Below, one piece after another: positions 19,575-29,133 of a stretch of DNA of 33,348 bases. The DNA is taken from the NCBI GenBank assembly GCA_041746575.1, contig JBGTGT010000090.1:1-33348 (forward strand). The letters run 5' to 3'. The stretch's first letter is position 1. Each line of letters starts with the position of its first letter. Source of the stretch: Microcystaceae cyanobacterium (GTDB taxonomy: Bacteria; Cyanobacteriota; Cyanobacteriia; Cyanobacteriales; Microcystaceae). Made by a program: the position numbers and the translations under genes. The notes under the pieces were generated by a model, which was given only the letters and a program-made list of their open reading frames with translations, was not told the DNA's origin and made no database searches.

Positions 19575-22500
19575 ATGGGACGTATTGTTTTAATTGCTGG
19601 ATTTGAATCTTTTAACGCCAATTTATATCGTCAAGCGGCAAAGCTAGCCACATCTCGCTGTTCTGAATTGGAAATCTTAGTTTTCAGCGATACTTCTTTA
19701 TCAAGCGAACCTAAAACGGTCGAAAATGCTTTAAAAGACGCTCAAGTTTTCTTTGCCAGCCTTATCTTTGACTACGATCAAGTGGTATGGTTGCGGGAAC
19801 GAGTACAGCATATCCCTATTCGCCTCATTTTTGAATCTGCCTTAGAATTAATGAGTTTAACCCAATTAGGCAAATTTGTGATTGGGGATAAACCGAAAGG
19901 AATGCCAAAACCGATTCAATTTATTTTAAGTAAATTTTCCAGTGGTAAGGAAGAAGATAAACTGGCAGGTTATCTCAGTTTTCTCAAAACAGGACCTAAA
20001 TTATTAAAATTTATCCCTGCCAAAAAAGTTCAAGATTTGCGTAACTGGTTAATTATTTATGGGTATTGGAATGCAGGGGGTTCAGACAATTTTGCGGCGA
20101 TGTGTTGGACTATTGCGCAGAAGTATTTAGGTTTAACTGTCGGGGAAATTCCACTACCGATTGAAACGCCAAATATGGGATTATTACATCCTGATTATGA
20201 AGGATATTTTACTTCACCCAAGGATTATTTGAATTGGTATTATCAACTCCCTTATTATCACAGAGAATTGCCTATTGTTGCCATTCTTTTATATCGAAAA
20301 CACGTGATCACAAAGCAACTTTATATTAAGCAATTAATTCGTTATTTTGAAGCAGAAGGATTAATTCCTGTTCCCATTTTTATTAATGGTGTGGAAGGCC
20401 ATGTTGTTGTCAGAGATTGGCTAACCACTGCAGATGAAACCTATCAACGTCAACAAGGAAATATTGAAATTCTTTCTTTATCTAAAGAAGCTATTGAAGT
20501 TAATTGTATCGTTTCTACTATTGGTTTTCCCTTAGTTGGTGGCCCTGCCGGTTCGATGGAAGCCGGTCGACAAGTAGAAGTTGCTAAACGCATTTTAACG
20601 GCAAAAAATATCCCTTATCTAGTTGCCGCACCCTTATTAATTCAAGATATTTATTCTTGGACGAGGCAAGGAATTGGCGGCTTGCAAAGTGTGGTTTTAT
20701 ATGCGTTACCTGAATTGGATGGTGCAATTGATACGATACCTTTAGGCGGATTAGTCGGTGAAGATATTTATTTAGTTCCCGAAAGAGTAAAACGGTTAAC
20801 AGGAAGGATTAAAAGCTGGGTGAAGTTGCGTCAAAAAGATCCTTCAGACCGTAAAATTGCGATTATTTTATATGGATTTCCCCCCGGATATGGTGCGACA
20901 GGAACGGCCGCCTTACTCAATGTTCCTCGCAGTTTAATAAAGGTCTTATCTGCTTTGAAAGAACAAGGTTATACGGTTGGAGAATTTCCTGAAGAGGGAG
21001 AAGCATTGATAACTAGAATAAAAGAATCAGATGAAATAATTACCCTTGCCAAAGAAAATTCAGTTACAGTGAAAACTTTAGAAAATTGGCTAGGATATTT
21101 ATTAACCTCTAAAATAGAAAAGCAATGGAAATCTCTAACAGATACGGGAATCAAAACGTATGAAGAGGATCTTTTAGTGGGTGGAATTACATTAGGCAAT
21201 ATTTGGATAGGGGTACAACCTCCTTTAGGAATTTCAGGTGACCCTATGCGCTTAATGTTCGAGAAAGATTTAACGCCTCATCCTCAATATACCGCTTTTT
21301 ATAAATGGTTACAAAATGCGTTTCGAGCAGATGCGATTGTTCATTTTGGGATGCACGGAACAGTAGAATGGTTACCGGGTTCGCCCTTAGGAAATACAGG
21401 TTATTCTTGGCCAGATATTCTACTGGGAAATTTACCGAATCTATATCTTTATGCGGCCAATAATCCTTCAGAATCCATGTTAGCAAAACGACGAGGATAT
21501 GGCGTTTTAATTTCTCATAATGTTCCCCCCTACGGACGAGCAGGATTATATAAGGAATTGATGATCTTAAGGGATTTAATTACGGAATTTAGAGAAGATC
21601 TGGATAAAAATTATGCCCTCAGAGATGTCATCTGTCAAAAAATTATTGATACCGGATTAGAGAAAGATTGTAAATTCATCGAAGGGGAAAAGCAAGGAAT
21701 TGAATTTACGTTTGAAAATGCTAAGTTATTTAGTAAACAGGCAATATTGAATTATTTTATTAACGTTTATAATTATCTCCAAATCGTAGAACAAAGACTC
21801 TTTTCCTCAGGATTACATACTTTAGGAGAAAGTCCCAATGAAGAGGGATTAGATTCTTATTTAGAAGCTTATTTTGAAGACAAACTTTCTGATAAAGAAC
21901 GAAAAGCAATTGTTACTCAAGATGAAGAATTAAAGTATCTCTTAGAATCTGCTAATGGACGTTCAGAAATTATTCAAGAAGCAATAAATATTCGAGAATT
22001 ATTAAAGCAAAATACTCAAGAATTAGATAATTTATTACGAGGGTTAAATGGAGAATATATTCCTCCTGCACCGGGAGGTGATTTACTCAGAGATGGTAGT
22101 GGCGTTTTACCGACAGGACGAAATATTCACGCTTTAGATCCCTATCGTATGCCTTCTCCTGCCGCCTATACAAGAGGTCGAGAAATAGCTCAAAAACTCA
22201 TACAACAACATTTGGAAGAAAAGGGTAAATATCCTGAAACCATCGCTGTTCTTTTGTGGGGGTTAGATGTCATTAAAACTAAGGGGGAATCATTAGGAAT
22301 TCTCTTAGAATTAGTGGGTGCGGAAGCCATTAAAGAAGGTACCGGAAGAATTGTTCGTTATGAATTAAAGTCTATTGATGAGGTAGGACATCCTAGAATT
22401 GATGTTTTAGCGAATTTATCGGGAATCTTTCGAGATACGTTTGTCAATATTATTGAGTTATTAGATGATTTATTTTTACGAGCGGCGCAAGCAGATGAAT

Positions 22501-23282
22501 TGGAAGAAGATAATTATATTCGTAAGCATTATTTAGCTTTAGAAAAACAGGGGGTTAAGAATGCTTCAGCACGTCTATTTTCTAATCCTGCTGGTGATTT
22601 TGGATCTTTAGTTAATGATCAAGTAGTTGATGGAAATTGGGAAAATGGGGACGAATTAGCAAGTACATGGGAAAAGCGCAACGCCTTTAGTTATGGAAGG
22701 AAAGATAAAGGTCAAGCTAGACCTGAAATTCTACAACAATTATTACAAACCAGTGAACGAATTGTACAAGAAATTGACTCGGTAGAGTATGGTTTAACAG
22801 ATATTCAAGAATATTATGGCAACACAGGAGGACTAAAATTAGCCGCCGAAAAACAAAGCGGGAAAAAGGTGACAGCAAGTTTTATTGAAAGCTTTTCTAA
22901 AGATACTACCCCTCGTAAATTGGAAGAGGTTTTACGCCTAGAATATCGTAGCAAATTATTAAATCCTAAATGGGCAAAAGCAATGGTAGATCAAGGTTCG
23001 GGTGGTGCTTACGAAATCTCTCAACGGATGACTGCTTTAATTGGATGGGGAGGGACGGCAAATTTTACGGACAATTGGGTATATGATCAATCAGTAGAAA
23101 CCTATGCTTTAGATCCAGAAATGGCGGATAAATTACGTCAAGCCAATCCCGAAGCATTTCGCAATATTGTGGGACGAATGTTAGAAGCACACGGTCGAGG
23201 TTTTTGGGAGGCGGATGAGGATAAACTGGAAAAATTAAAACAATTATATGCTTTAACAGATGAAGAAATCGAAGGGGTTTGA
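19575..23282 (+). CDS. Magnesium chelatase subunit H family protein (CobN/ChlH/BchH superfamily)
   Basis: GFPLVGGPAG, ALPELDG, HFGMHGTVEWLPG, YAANNPSE..AKRRG, LPTGRNIHALDP, SGIFRD, RSKLLNPKW. Confidence 0.92.
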   Translation: MGRIVLIAGFESFNANLYRQAAKLATSRCSELEILVFSDTSLSSEPKTVENALKDAQVFFASLIFDYDQVVWLRERVQHIPIRLIFESALELMSLTQLGKFVIGDKPKGMPKPIQFILSKFSSGKEEDKLAGYLSFLKTGPKLLKFIPAKKVQDLRNWLIIYGYWNAGGSDNFAAMCWTIAQKYLGLTVGEIPLPIETPNMGLLHPDYEGYFTSPKDYLNWYYQLPYYHRELPIVAILLYRKHVITKQLYIKQLIRYFEAEGLIPVPIFINGVEGHVVVRDWLTTADETYQRQQGNIEILSLSKEAIEVNCIVSTIGFPLVGGPAGSMEAGRQVEVAKRILTAKNIPYLVAAPLLIQDIYSWTRQGIGGLQSVVLYALPELDGAIDTIPLGGLVGEDIYLVPERVKRLTGRIKSWVKLRQKDPSDRKIAIILYGFPPGYGATGTAALLNVPRSLIKVLSALKEQGYTVGEFPEEGEALITRIKESDEIITLAKENSVTVKTLENWLGYLLTSKIEKQWKSLTDTGIKTYEEDLLVGGITLGNIWIGVQPPLGISGDPMRLMFEKDLTPHPQYTAFYKWLQNAFRADAIVHFGMHGTVEWLPGSPLGNTGYSWPDILLGNLPNLYLYAANNPSESMLAKRRGYGVLISHNVPPYGRAGLYKELMILRDLITEFREDLDKNYALRDVICQKIIDTGLEKDCKFIEGEKQGIEFTFENAKLFSKQAILNYFINVYNYLQIVEQRLFSSGLHTLGESPNEEGLDSYLEAYFEDKLSDKERKAIVTQDEELKYLLESANGRSEIIQEAINIRELLKQNTQELDNLLRGLNGEYIPPAPGGDLLRDGSGVLPTGRNIHALDPYRMPSPAAYTRGREIAQKLIQQHLEEKGKYPETIAVLLWGLDVIKTKGESLGILLELVGAEAIKEGTGRIVRYELKSIDEVGHPRIDVLANLSGIFRDTFVNIIELLDDLFLRAAQADELEEDNYIRKHYLALEKQGVKNASARLFSNPAGDFGSLVNDQVVDGNWENGDELASTWEKRNAFSYGRKDKGQARPEILQQLLQTSERIVQEIDSVEYGLTDIQEYYGNTGGLKLAAEKQSGKKVTASFIESFSKDTTPRKLEEVLRLEYRSKLLNPKWAKAMVDQGSGGAYEISQRMTALIGWGGTANFTDNWVYDQSVETYALDPEMADKLRQANPEAFRNIVGRMLEAHGRGFWEADEDKLEKLKQLYALTDEEIEGV

Positions 23283-23302
23283 GTAGAATTATGAATTATC
23301 AA

Positions 23303-23770
23303 TCAATCTAAATTAGAAGATTCTTCTTCTGGTTTTTTCCGTGCAAAACAAGGCAGTCCTAATAATTGATCAAGCACTTCAATTTTTTTATTTAAGGAAA
23401 GATAAGCTTCTTTCAGAATCGCTTCATCTTCTTCTGCGATTTCAGGATCTTGATTGATTAATTTATCTATGTCTATAAGAGGAATTGCTTTTAATAAAGA
23501 AGTCACTAAACAGGTTAATTCATGTTCTAAGCGAGGAGAATATAATAAGGTATCTTTATCGCTTAAATAGCTTTGTGCTTCGCCAAAAATATCTCTTTCA
23601 CGACTTAAGCATTCTCTAATAAACATATAGTAACTACTAGCGATTTTATAAGCATTTTCTACTATCGAACAAGAAATCGATTTTTGTCCTGACTCTGATA
23701 ATTTACTTTTAAATGAGTAAAATTCACTTAAGTTTTTATGAACATTGATAATATTAAGCCTAGTAATCAT
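23303..23770 (-). CDS. Hypothetical protein
   Basis: 155-aa ORF; its 3' region is duplicated at 23872-23938. Confidence 0.55.
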   Translation of the reverse strand: MITRLNIINVHKNLSEFYSFKSKLSESGQKSISCSIVENAYKIASSYYMFIRECLSRERDIFGEAQSYLSDKDTLLYSPRLEHELTCLVTSLLKAIPLIDIDKLINQDPEIAEEDEAILKEAYLSLNKKIEVLDQLLGLPCFARKKPEEESSNLD

Positions 23771-23871
23771 ATTTGAATCGAGCTAAAAAGCATTATATTC
23801 ATAATCAACGAGAGATATTCATGGAATTTATATCAAATGATATAGTAGAGTTATGAAACTATTATTCTACC

Positions 23872-23938
23872 TTTTTCCATGCAAAACAAGGAAGTCTTAA
23901 TAATTAATCAAGCACTTCAATTTTTTCTTTAAGGAAAG
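23872..23938. repeat. ~67-bp imperfect direct repeat of 23334-23401
   Basis: TTTTTCC(G/A)TGCAAAACAAGG(C/A)AGTC(C/T)TAATAATT(G/A)ATCAAGCACTTCAATTTTTT..TTTAAGGAAAG at both sites. Confidence 0.85.
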
Positions 23939-24027
23939 TAAATCGTTAACCCTTGAAGATTTATTATGAGAATAAGGTTAAAGACTAACGTCTTAACGAC
24001 AAAATCATGAGCAAATAAGCAAAAGCA

Positions 24028-24990
24028 ATGAATAAAGATGTTACTATATCGGGTTTATTAGGAGTCTGTGTGGGAGATGCGTTAGGTGTCCCTGTCGAAT
24101 TTAGTCCTAGAAATACCCTAATTCAGGCACCTGTCACCACTATGCAAGGTTATGGAACCTATAATCAGCCTCCCGGTACTTGGTCTGATGATAGCTCATT
24201 AACCCTCTGTCTTGCACAAGCATTGAGTGAAACTTTACTGCAAGATAAATTATATCCGTTGTTAGGAACGTATTTTTGCCGATGGTATCAAGATGCCTAC
24301 TGGACACCCCATAATAAAACATTTGATATCGGAAATACGACAGAACGGGCAATTAGTCGTATTTTAAGCGGAATTTCGCTCACTGAAGCAGGAGGAAGCG
24401 ACGAACATAGTAATGGTAATGGTTCTTTAATGCGAATACTCCCAATGGCATTTTGTTATGAATTAACGGGATTTTCTGACTTAATTGAGAAGATTCATCA
24501 AATTTCCGCTTTAACGCATGCTCATCCTCGTTCACAGATTGCTTGTGGTATTTACACTTCTATTGCGATACAGTTGCTACAAGGCAAGACACCAATGACT
24601 GCTTATCAACAAGGACTGAAACTGGCTTTACAAATTTATCAAAATCCTCCTTATCTTCAGAAAATTGAGCATTTTAGGCGTATAATAACTAAAAATATCG
24701 CAGAATTACCCATTAATCAACTTAATTCAAGTGGTTATGTCATAGATACCCTAGAGGCATCCTTATGGTGTTTTCTAAATAGTCGTAATTATACCGAAGC
24801 GGTGTTGCAAGCCGTTAACTTAGGGGAAGACACTGACACCACTGCTGCCGTAACAGGAGGATTAGCCGGTATTTATTACGGTTTAGAGTCAATTCCGCTT
24901 GAATGGCTTAAAATTTTAGCGAGAAAGGACGATATTATTCAGTTAGGGGAAAAATTAGCCAATGCAATCAAAGTAGCAGTAAACCGTTAA
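24028..24990 (+). CDS. ADP-ribosylglycohydrolase family protein (DraG/ARH-like)
   Basis: GDALG, WSDDS, GNGSLMR, THAH, GEDTDTTAAVTGGLAG motifs. Confidence 0.93.
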   Translation: MNKDVTISGLLGVCVGDALGVPVEFSPRNTLIQAPVTTMQGYGTYNQPPGTWSDDSSLTLCLAQALSETLLQDKLYPLLGTYFCRWYQDAYWTPHNKTFDIGNTTERAISRILSGISLTEAGGSDEHSNGNGSLMRILPMAFCYELTGFSDLIEKIHQISALTHAHPRSQIACGIYTSIAIQLLQGKTPMTAYQQGLKLALQIYQNPPYLQKIEHFRRIITKNIAELPINQLNSSGYVIDTLEASLWCFLNSRNYTEAVLQAVNLGEDTDTTAAVTGGLAGIYYGLESIPLEWLKILARKDDIIQLGEKLANAIKVAVNR

Positions 24991-25039
24991 TATTAGACAG
25001 TATTAGGTGTTTTGCTCAATAGCAAGATTAATAAGACGA

Positions 25040-25732
25040 TTACTGTACCCCAATCGTTCTCCCCCCCGAACCAAATATAATAGGAGTATCGGGGGTAAAT
25101 GGTTCCCATCCGACATCAAATCCTAACTTATCTGCTTCTTTTCTCGCAGTACGAAAGGCGGCAAAACTGTCAGGACGAACGATAAAAGCAAGGTAATCGT
25201 GATTGGGATTTAGTTCTTTTAAGACTTGATTAAACTCTGAATTATCTTTTGTCATTTCTTCGGGTAATTCTCCCCCCTTCTCATTAATCGGTTCGTAAAT
25301 CATTGAGCCTAAGTCAGAAAAACGTGCCGTATAATATTCTGTTCTTCCCCGAAAGTTTTGTAAGGTGTCAATTAAACTTAATCGACAAGTTTGATAAGCT
25401 TCAATTTGATTGAGATAATAATAATAATCTTCTTCATTAACTGATTTCGGAATATCTGGACTTTTGCAGTTTGGTAAAACTTGATTCAGTTGACGATCAA
25501 TTGTTTGATCATCAATAAACATTAGGCGATTATTTCTTACTTCAAAAAAACGGGGTTTCTTATCTGTTTTAGACACTAAAGGGGTACGGACAATATTACT
25601 AGATTCAACTGCTACTAAGGTAATAAAAAGCGTCATGAACATTAAAACGCCTACTGTATTTGTCAGAATATCTAAAAAAGAATCAAGATTTTGAGTGGGT
25701 AAACTAGCTTTACGATAGCGTCGCTTTCTCAT
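25040..25732 (-). CDS. ExbD/TolR-like single-TM protein 2
   Basis: Basic N-terminus, TM SFLDILTNTVGVLMF with Asp, C-terminal AFIVRPDSF..GFDVGWEP. Confidence 0.65.
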   Translation of the reverse strand: MRKRRYRKASLPTQNLDSFLDILTNTVGVLMFMTLFITLVAVESSNIVRTPLVSKTDKKPRFFEVRNNRLMFIDDQTIDRQLNQVLPNCKSPDIPKSVNEEDYYYYLNQIEAYQTCRLSLIDTLQNFRGRTEYYTARFSDLGSMIYEPINEKGGELPEEMTKDNSEFNQVLKELNPNHDYLAFIVRPDSFAAFRTARKEADKLGFDVGWEPFTPDTPIIFGSGGRTIGVQ

Positions 25733-25736
25733 CGTT

Positions 25737-26204
25737 TTACTTCCTAGGTGCTTCTTGAATTTTTAATTTCCAGTTTTGATCAATGGGTTCGTAGCCAATA
25801 TCTATTCCTTCTTCTTCTACCAATTTTCGTATCTTTTGAAAAACGTCTATTCCATCAGGACGCATTGCTACAATTAGATACTCTCTATCCCGATTTTGTT
25901 GTAATTCAGATAGCAATTTACTTAAGGAACTATTATCGGTAGTTAATTGATGAGAAGGAACAAATTTTTGACTGGGATGAATAAGAATTCCATCGGCGCG
26001 GCATTCAATATAACGAGGCGTTTTACCGCGATTTTTTCCCCCTTCTGAAGTTGCAACAAGGGTAATTTCTCTATTATTACTAAATACTTGAGTGGTGAGA
26101 ACAATAATCAGTAAAATTAACGTGCCAATGGTACAAGCAAGGATAGATAGAAAGGGAAACAGTTCGATATTAATAGACGATTGAGTCCGCAAACGACGAC
26201 GCAT
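25737..26204 (-). CDS. ExbD/TolR-like single-TM protein 1
   Basis: MRRR N-terminus, TM IELFPFLSILACTIGTLILL, C-terminal IVAMRPDGI..GIDIGYEP (paralogous to neighbour). Confidence 0.65.
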   Translation of the reverse strand: MRRRLRTQSSINIELFPFLSILACTIGTLILLIIVLTTQVFSNNREITLVATSEGGKNRGKTPRYIECRADGILIHPSQKFVPSHQLTTDNSSLSKLLSELQQNRDREYLIVAMRPDGIDVFQKIRKLVEEEGIDIGYEPIDQNWKLKIQEAPRK

Positions 26205-26206
26205 TT

Positions 26207-27541
26207 TTACACTTCTCCTTCTTCTGGATTAAGATAAGAAACAATTCGGGGACGACTCATTTTTTCAAGAATTGGATTTAATTGTAATAGTTGATTTTGA
26301 ATAGATTGGTTGACCGTTTGATTCCTCTCCAGAAAAGTTTTTAATTGTTCTAAGGTTTCTTTTAGTTGGGATAATTCAATGAATTTTTCTGTAGATTGAT
26401 TTAACCCTTGAATCCGAATATCTAGTATTTTGGTCATTTGATCGAGTTGTTCAATAAACCTTTGATGAGCGTCTCTATGCTCATTTAAACTATCAGCAAA
26501 ATAATGGCGATCGCTATCAATATTTTGCTTCATTTTTTCGATCTGACTTGCCAATTGTAAGCCTAAATTTTGCAAACTTTCTAATTCAATAACTAATCCT
26601 TGAATAAATTGAGAAGCAGCTTGTTTAGCAAATTCTTTTGCTGGTTCAATTAAACTTTCTGGGGTAGGTAAATGCTGTTGAAAAGCTTGATTGACGACTC
26701 GATTTAATACCCTTTCATCTAAATTCTCACCACTTTCAGGAAAACGGGGCAATAGATAATCATTAATAAAAATATCAATTCTGAGCAAAAATCGAGATTC
26801 CCATCTTTCTACTAAAACCAAAGGAATCATGACGACAACACTTAAAAAGAGAGCCAATAATGTTGTATCAAACGCTACTGCTAACCCGCTAGTAACGGTG
26901 CCGATTCCTGCTTTGATTTGCTCTACATCTGCTGTATTTTCTAAGAACCCCGAAAAGCCATTCACAGCTTGACTAATACCGATAACCGTGCCGATAAATC
27001 CTAACAGAGGAATTGCCCAAACTAGAATACGAGGAAAGGCATAAGAAGACTCAGAAGCAGTTAGGTAAAATGCCCCATCATCTAAGGCAAATTCGGTAGC
27101 AGATTTGCGACTTCCTGACTGAATATAAGCACCGATAATTCGGCTACAACGGATTGCTGCTAAATAGGGACTACGGGCTAAATTTTGTTGAAAATTAATT
27201 AAACTTTTGCTATTCGATTGGCCAAAATCCACCGCTTGAGGAATTGAAATTTGACGAACGGCTTGACTTTCTTGTAATATTTTGATCCATTTGATCACCG
27301 TAAAAGCAAAAACAGCGCACGCTAAACCCACCGTTAAATATTGTGTAAATCCTCTTTCAAGTAGTAAGATTCCTAGATAACTCTTTTGAAAGAGGGTTAA
27401 TAATGCGTAGATTGCTAAGGTTAAACCACAGGCGATCGCAATCACTAATAAAAGGCTAACATCTAGCTTTTTTCGTTCATAATCCCCAGTATTAAAGGGT
27501 ATTTTGCTGCTAATCATAAATTTTACTGAGAAAGCATTCAA
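26207..27541 (-). CDS. MotA/TolQ/ExbB proton channel family protein with long helical C-terminal tail
   Basis: AIPLLGFIGTVIGI..GLAVAFDTTLLAL channel motifs followed by ~190 aa of Q/E/L-rich coiled-coil-like sequence; start uncertain (27541 or ATG 27517). Confidence 0.88.
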   Translation of the reverse strand: MNAFSVKFMISSKIPFNTGDYERKKLDVSLLLVIAIACGLTLAIYALLTLFQKSYLGILLLERGFTQYLTVGLACAVFAFTVIKWIKILQESQAVRQISIPQAVDFGQSNSKSLINFQQNLARSPYLAAIRCSRIIGAYIQSGSRKSATEFALDDGAFYLTASESSYAFPRILVWAIPLLGFIGTVIGISQAVNGFSGFLENTADVEQIKAGIGTVTSGLAVAFDTTLLALFLSVVVMIPLVLVERWESRFLLRIDIFINDYLLPRFPESGENLDERVLNRVVNQAFQQHLPTPESLIEPAKEFAKQAASQFIQGLVIELESLQNLGLQLASQIEKMKQNIDSDRHYFADSLNEHRDAHQRFIEQLDQMTKILDIRIQGLNQSTEKFIELSQLKETLEQLKTFLERNQTVNQSIQNQLLQLNPILEKMSRPRIVSYLNPEEGEV

Positions 27542-27981
27542 GAGTTCTAAACAGTTTAACGCAAATTGAGCCTGAAAAATAGACGAGCTTCAGAAGCGAT
27601 CATTTCTATTTTATAAAAAACACTTTCTTTTTATTCAAATAATAACTTTTTGCTCAAACTCAAATGTCATCAGACGCCCGTTAAGAAAATTGAATCTCTG
27701 AAAACAGAATATTTTACAATAAAATGTCAGTCACTATTGAATCAGATTTAAAAGAGATTATCTAAGACTTAAAGTTTAATAAAAGCACCATAATCAGCAT
27801 AGCTTCCCTTTCGTCCAAAAGTAAACGCTGAGTAAAGCAACAGTCGTTAAAGCACAAATGACATTATTTACTTGAGGATTTGGGGGAATTTAAAGGTTAG
27901 AAAAAATTATGATAGCAAACGCCAAAAGAAGCCGGAAGTTAAATGGGTGGAGAGATTCAAAAAACTTCCGAAAAACAACAT

Positions 27982-28191
27982 TTAATTAAAAACAGGATAA
28001 AAACATCTGATGGTGTTAGTCTGACTCTGAAGATAAGGAACACCCCGATAGGTTAATTTAGCTTTAGGGGTAACAGCAACCGTCGTAGAATGTTGATAAG
28101 ATTGGCCTCGATAAGTTAAGGCAGATTGAACATTAACAAAAGCAACGGTATTAGACGGAATGTAAGCTTGTCCACGATAAGATAAGTTCAT
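27982..28191 (-). CDS. YRG-repeat small protein (DUF4278-like)
   Basis: MNLSYRGQAY..LTYRGQSY..LTYRGVPY; GAGGA RBS before ATG 28191. Confidence 0.85.
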   Translation of the reverse strand: MNLSYRGQAYIPSNTVAFVNVQSALTYRGQSYQHSTTVAVTPKAKLTYRGVPYLQSQTNTIRCFYPVFN

Positions 28192-28314
28192 TTTGGCTGT
28201 CCTCAAATAGAGTTGTTGATTTGATTATTATTCTGAAAAATTAAAGAGAAACCCGTTAACTTTAGGAACTTAAGAAAGAACTTTAAAGAACACTTTCTTT
28301 AACCCAACGACCCA

Positions 28315-28503
28315 TCAGACGACCTTCTTAATCTTTTTCGCAGACGTTAAATCATTGATGCGTTTCTGCTGTTTAATCATTTGGGAAAATTGTAAAACGG
28401 AGCATTCAGATTCAGATTGATGAAGAGTATCAGTATCAGAAGCAGAAGAAGGAGCTAAAAAGGCTAAAATTCGAGCAAGGGGGCAATTTGTGGTCAGATC
28501 CAT
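28315..28503 (-). CDS. Small hypothetical protein (62 aa)
   Basis: GGAG RBS 8 nt before ATG; co-oriented between two DUF4278-like genes. Confidence 0.5.
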   Translation of the reverse strand: MDLTTNCPLARILAFLAPSSASDTDTLHQSESECSVLQFSQMIKQQKRINDLTSAKKIKKVV

Positions 28504-28568
28504 GATAAAAACTCCATTTTTGATTAAAGGTTTAATGCGTTAAAGCAGTCAGAAAACGAGAGAAGGAA

Positions 28569-28805
28569 CTAAACAGGAAGGGGACAAGATAAAGCGACTT
28601 GATGATGTTCAAACCCCATTATTGTTGCTAATTTACTCACTTCCCCCTTTCTATAGGAAACGCCACGATAAACGAGGTTCGTTTTCGGGGGAACAGCCGC
28701 AGAAGCAGAAGATTGATAAGATTGACTCCGATAGGTAAAAGATTGACGCTTAACAGCAGGGGTGTCAGAGGAAGTGTAAGCTTGTCCGCGATAGGTCAGT
28801 TGCAT
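28569..28805 (-). CDS. YRG-repeat small protein (DUF4278-like)
   Basis: MQLTYRGQAY..FTYRSQSY..LVYRGVSY; GGAGA RBS. Confidence 0.85.
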   Translation of the reverse strand: MQLTYRGQAYTSSDTPAVKRQSFTYRSQSYQSSASAAVPPKTNLVYRGVSYRKGEVSKLATIMGFEHHQVALSCPLPV

Positions 28806-28991
28806 GGTGTTGTCTCCGTTTGTTTGTTTTCGATGCTTACAGTATCTCGGAAACTCCCAGCAGAAAAAATCCCGTTTTCGTCAGTTAATCTCAGGAAAAA
28901 TGTCAGGTTTTGTCAGGGGTTATTATTATTGGAGATGGGAGATTGAAGATTTTACCAAGCTGGTTTGATTCGGTTTTCACCTTTGAGAGCC

Positions 28992-29005
28992 GTACACAAC
29001 GATAG
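28992..29005 (+). promoter_or_regulatory. Possible NtcA site (imperfect GTA-N8-TAC)
   Basis: GTA-CACAACGA-TAG upstream of a TAAAGT -10-like hexamer (29018-29023), in front of gifA/pirA-like genes that are NtcA-repressed in model cyanobacteria. Confidence 0.3.
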
Positions 29006-29044
29006 GAGATCGCCTGTTAAAGTAATAGTAGTGAGAAAGGATAA

Positions 29045-29104
29045 ATCGTTCATCTGTATCATCACAGATGGAAGTAGGAAGAGACTCTTCCGAAGGAACG
29101 CACC
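29045..29104 (+). ncRNA. Glutamine riboswitch (glnA motif, class I)
   Basis: ATCGTTC-ATCTGT/ACAGAT stem-GGAAGTA-GGAAGA/TCTTCC stem-GAAG-GAACGCACC: P1 CGTTC/GAACG, E-loop-type AGUA/GAA and three-way junction. Confidence 0.9.
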
Positions 29105-29133
29105 TCTAATAACCCTACAAATGAGGTGAATCA

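Larger units (their letters stand above)
113..27440. repeat. HIP1 octamers (GCGATCGC), dispersed
   Basis: Seen near 113, 1835, 2112, 7381, 10218, 10907, 11657, 13698, 16834, 17063, 26507, 27433. Confidence 0.9.

Noticed and set aside
25040..27541. Calling the operon a Zorya defence system
   Set aside because: No OmpA-type peptidoglycan-binding domain in the B-like proteins and no ZorC/D/E effector genes in the window
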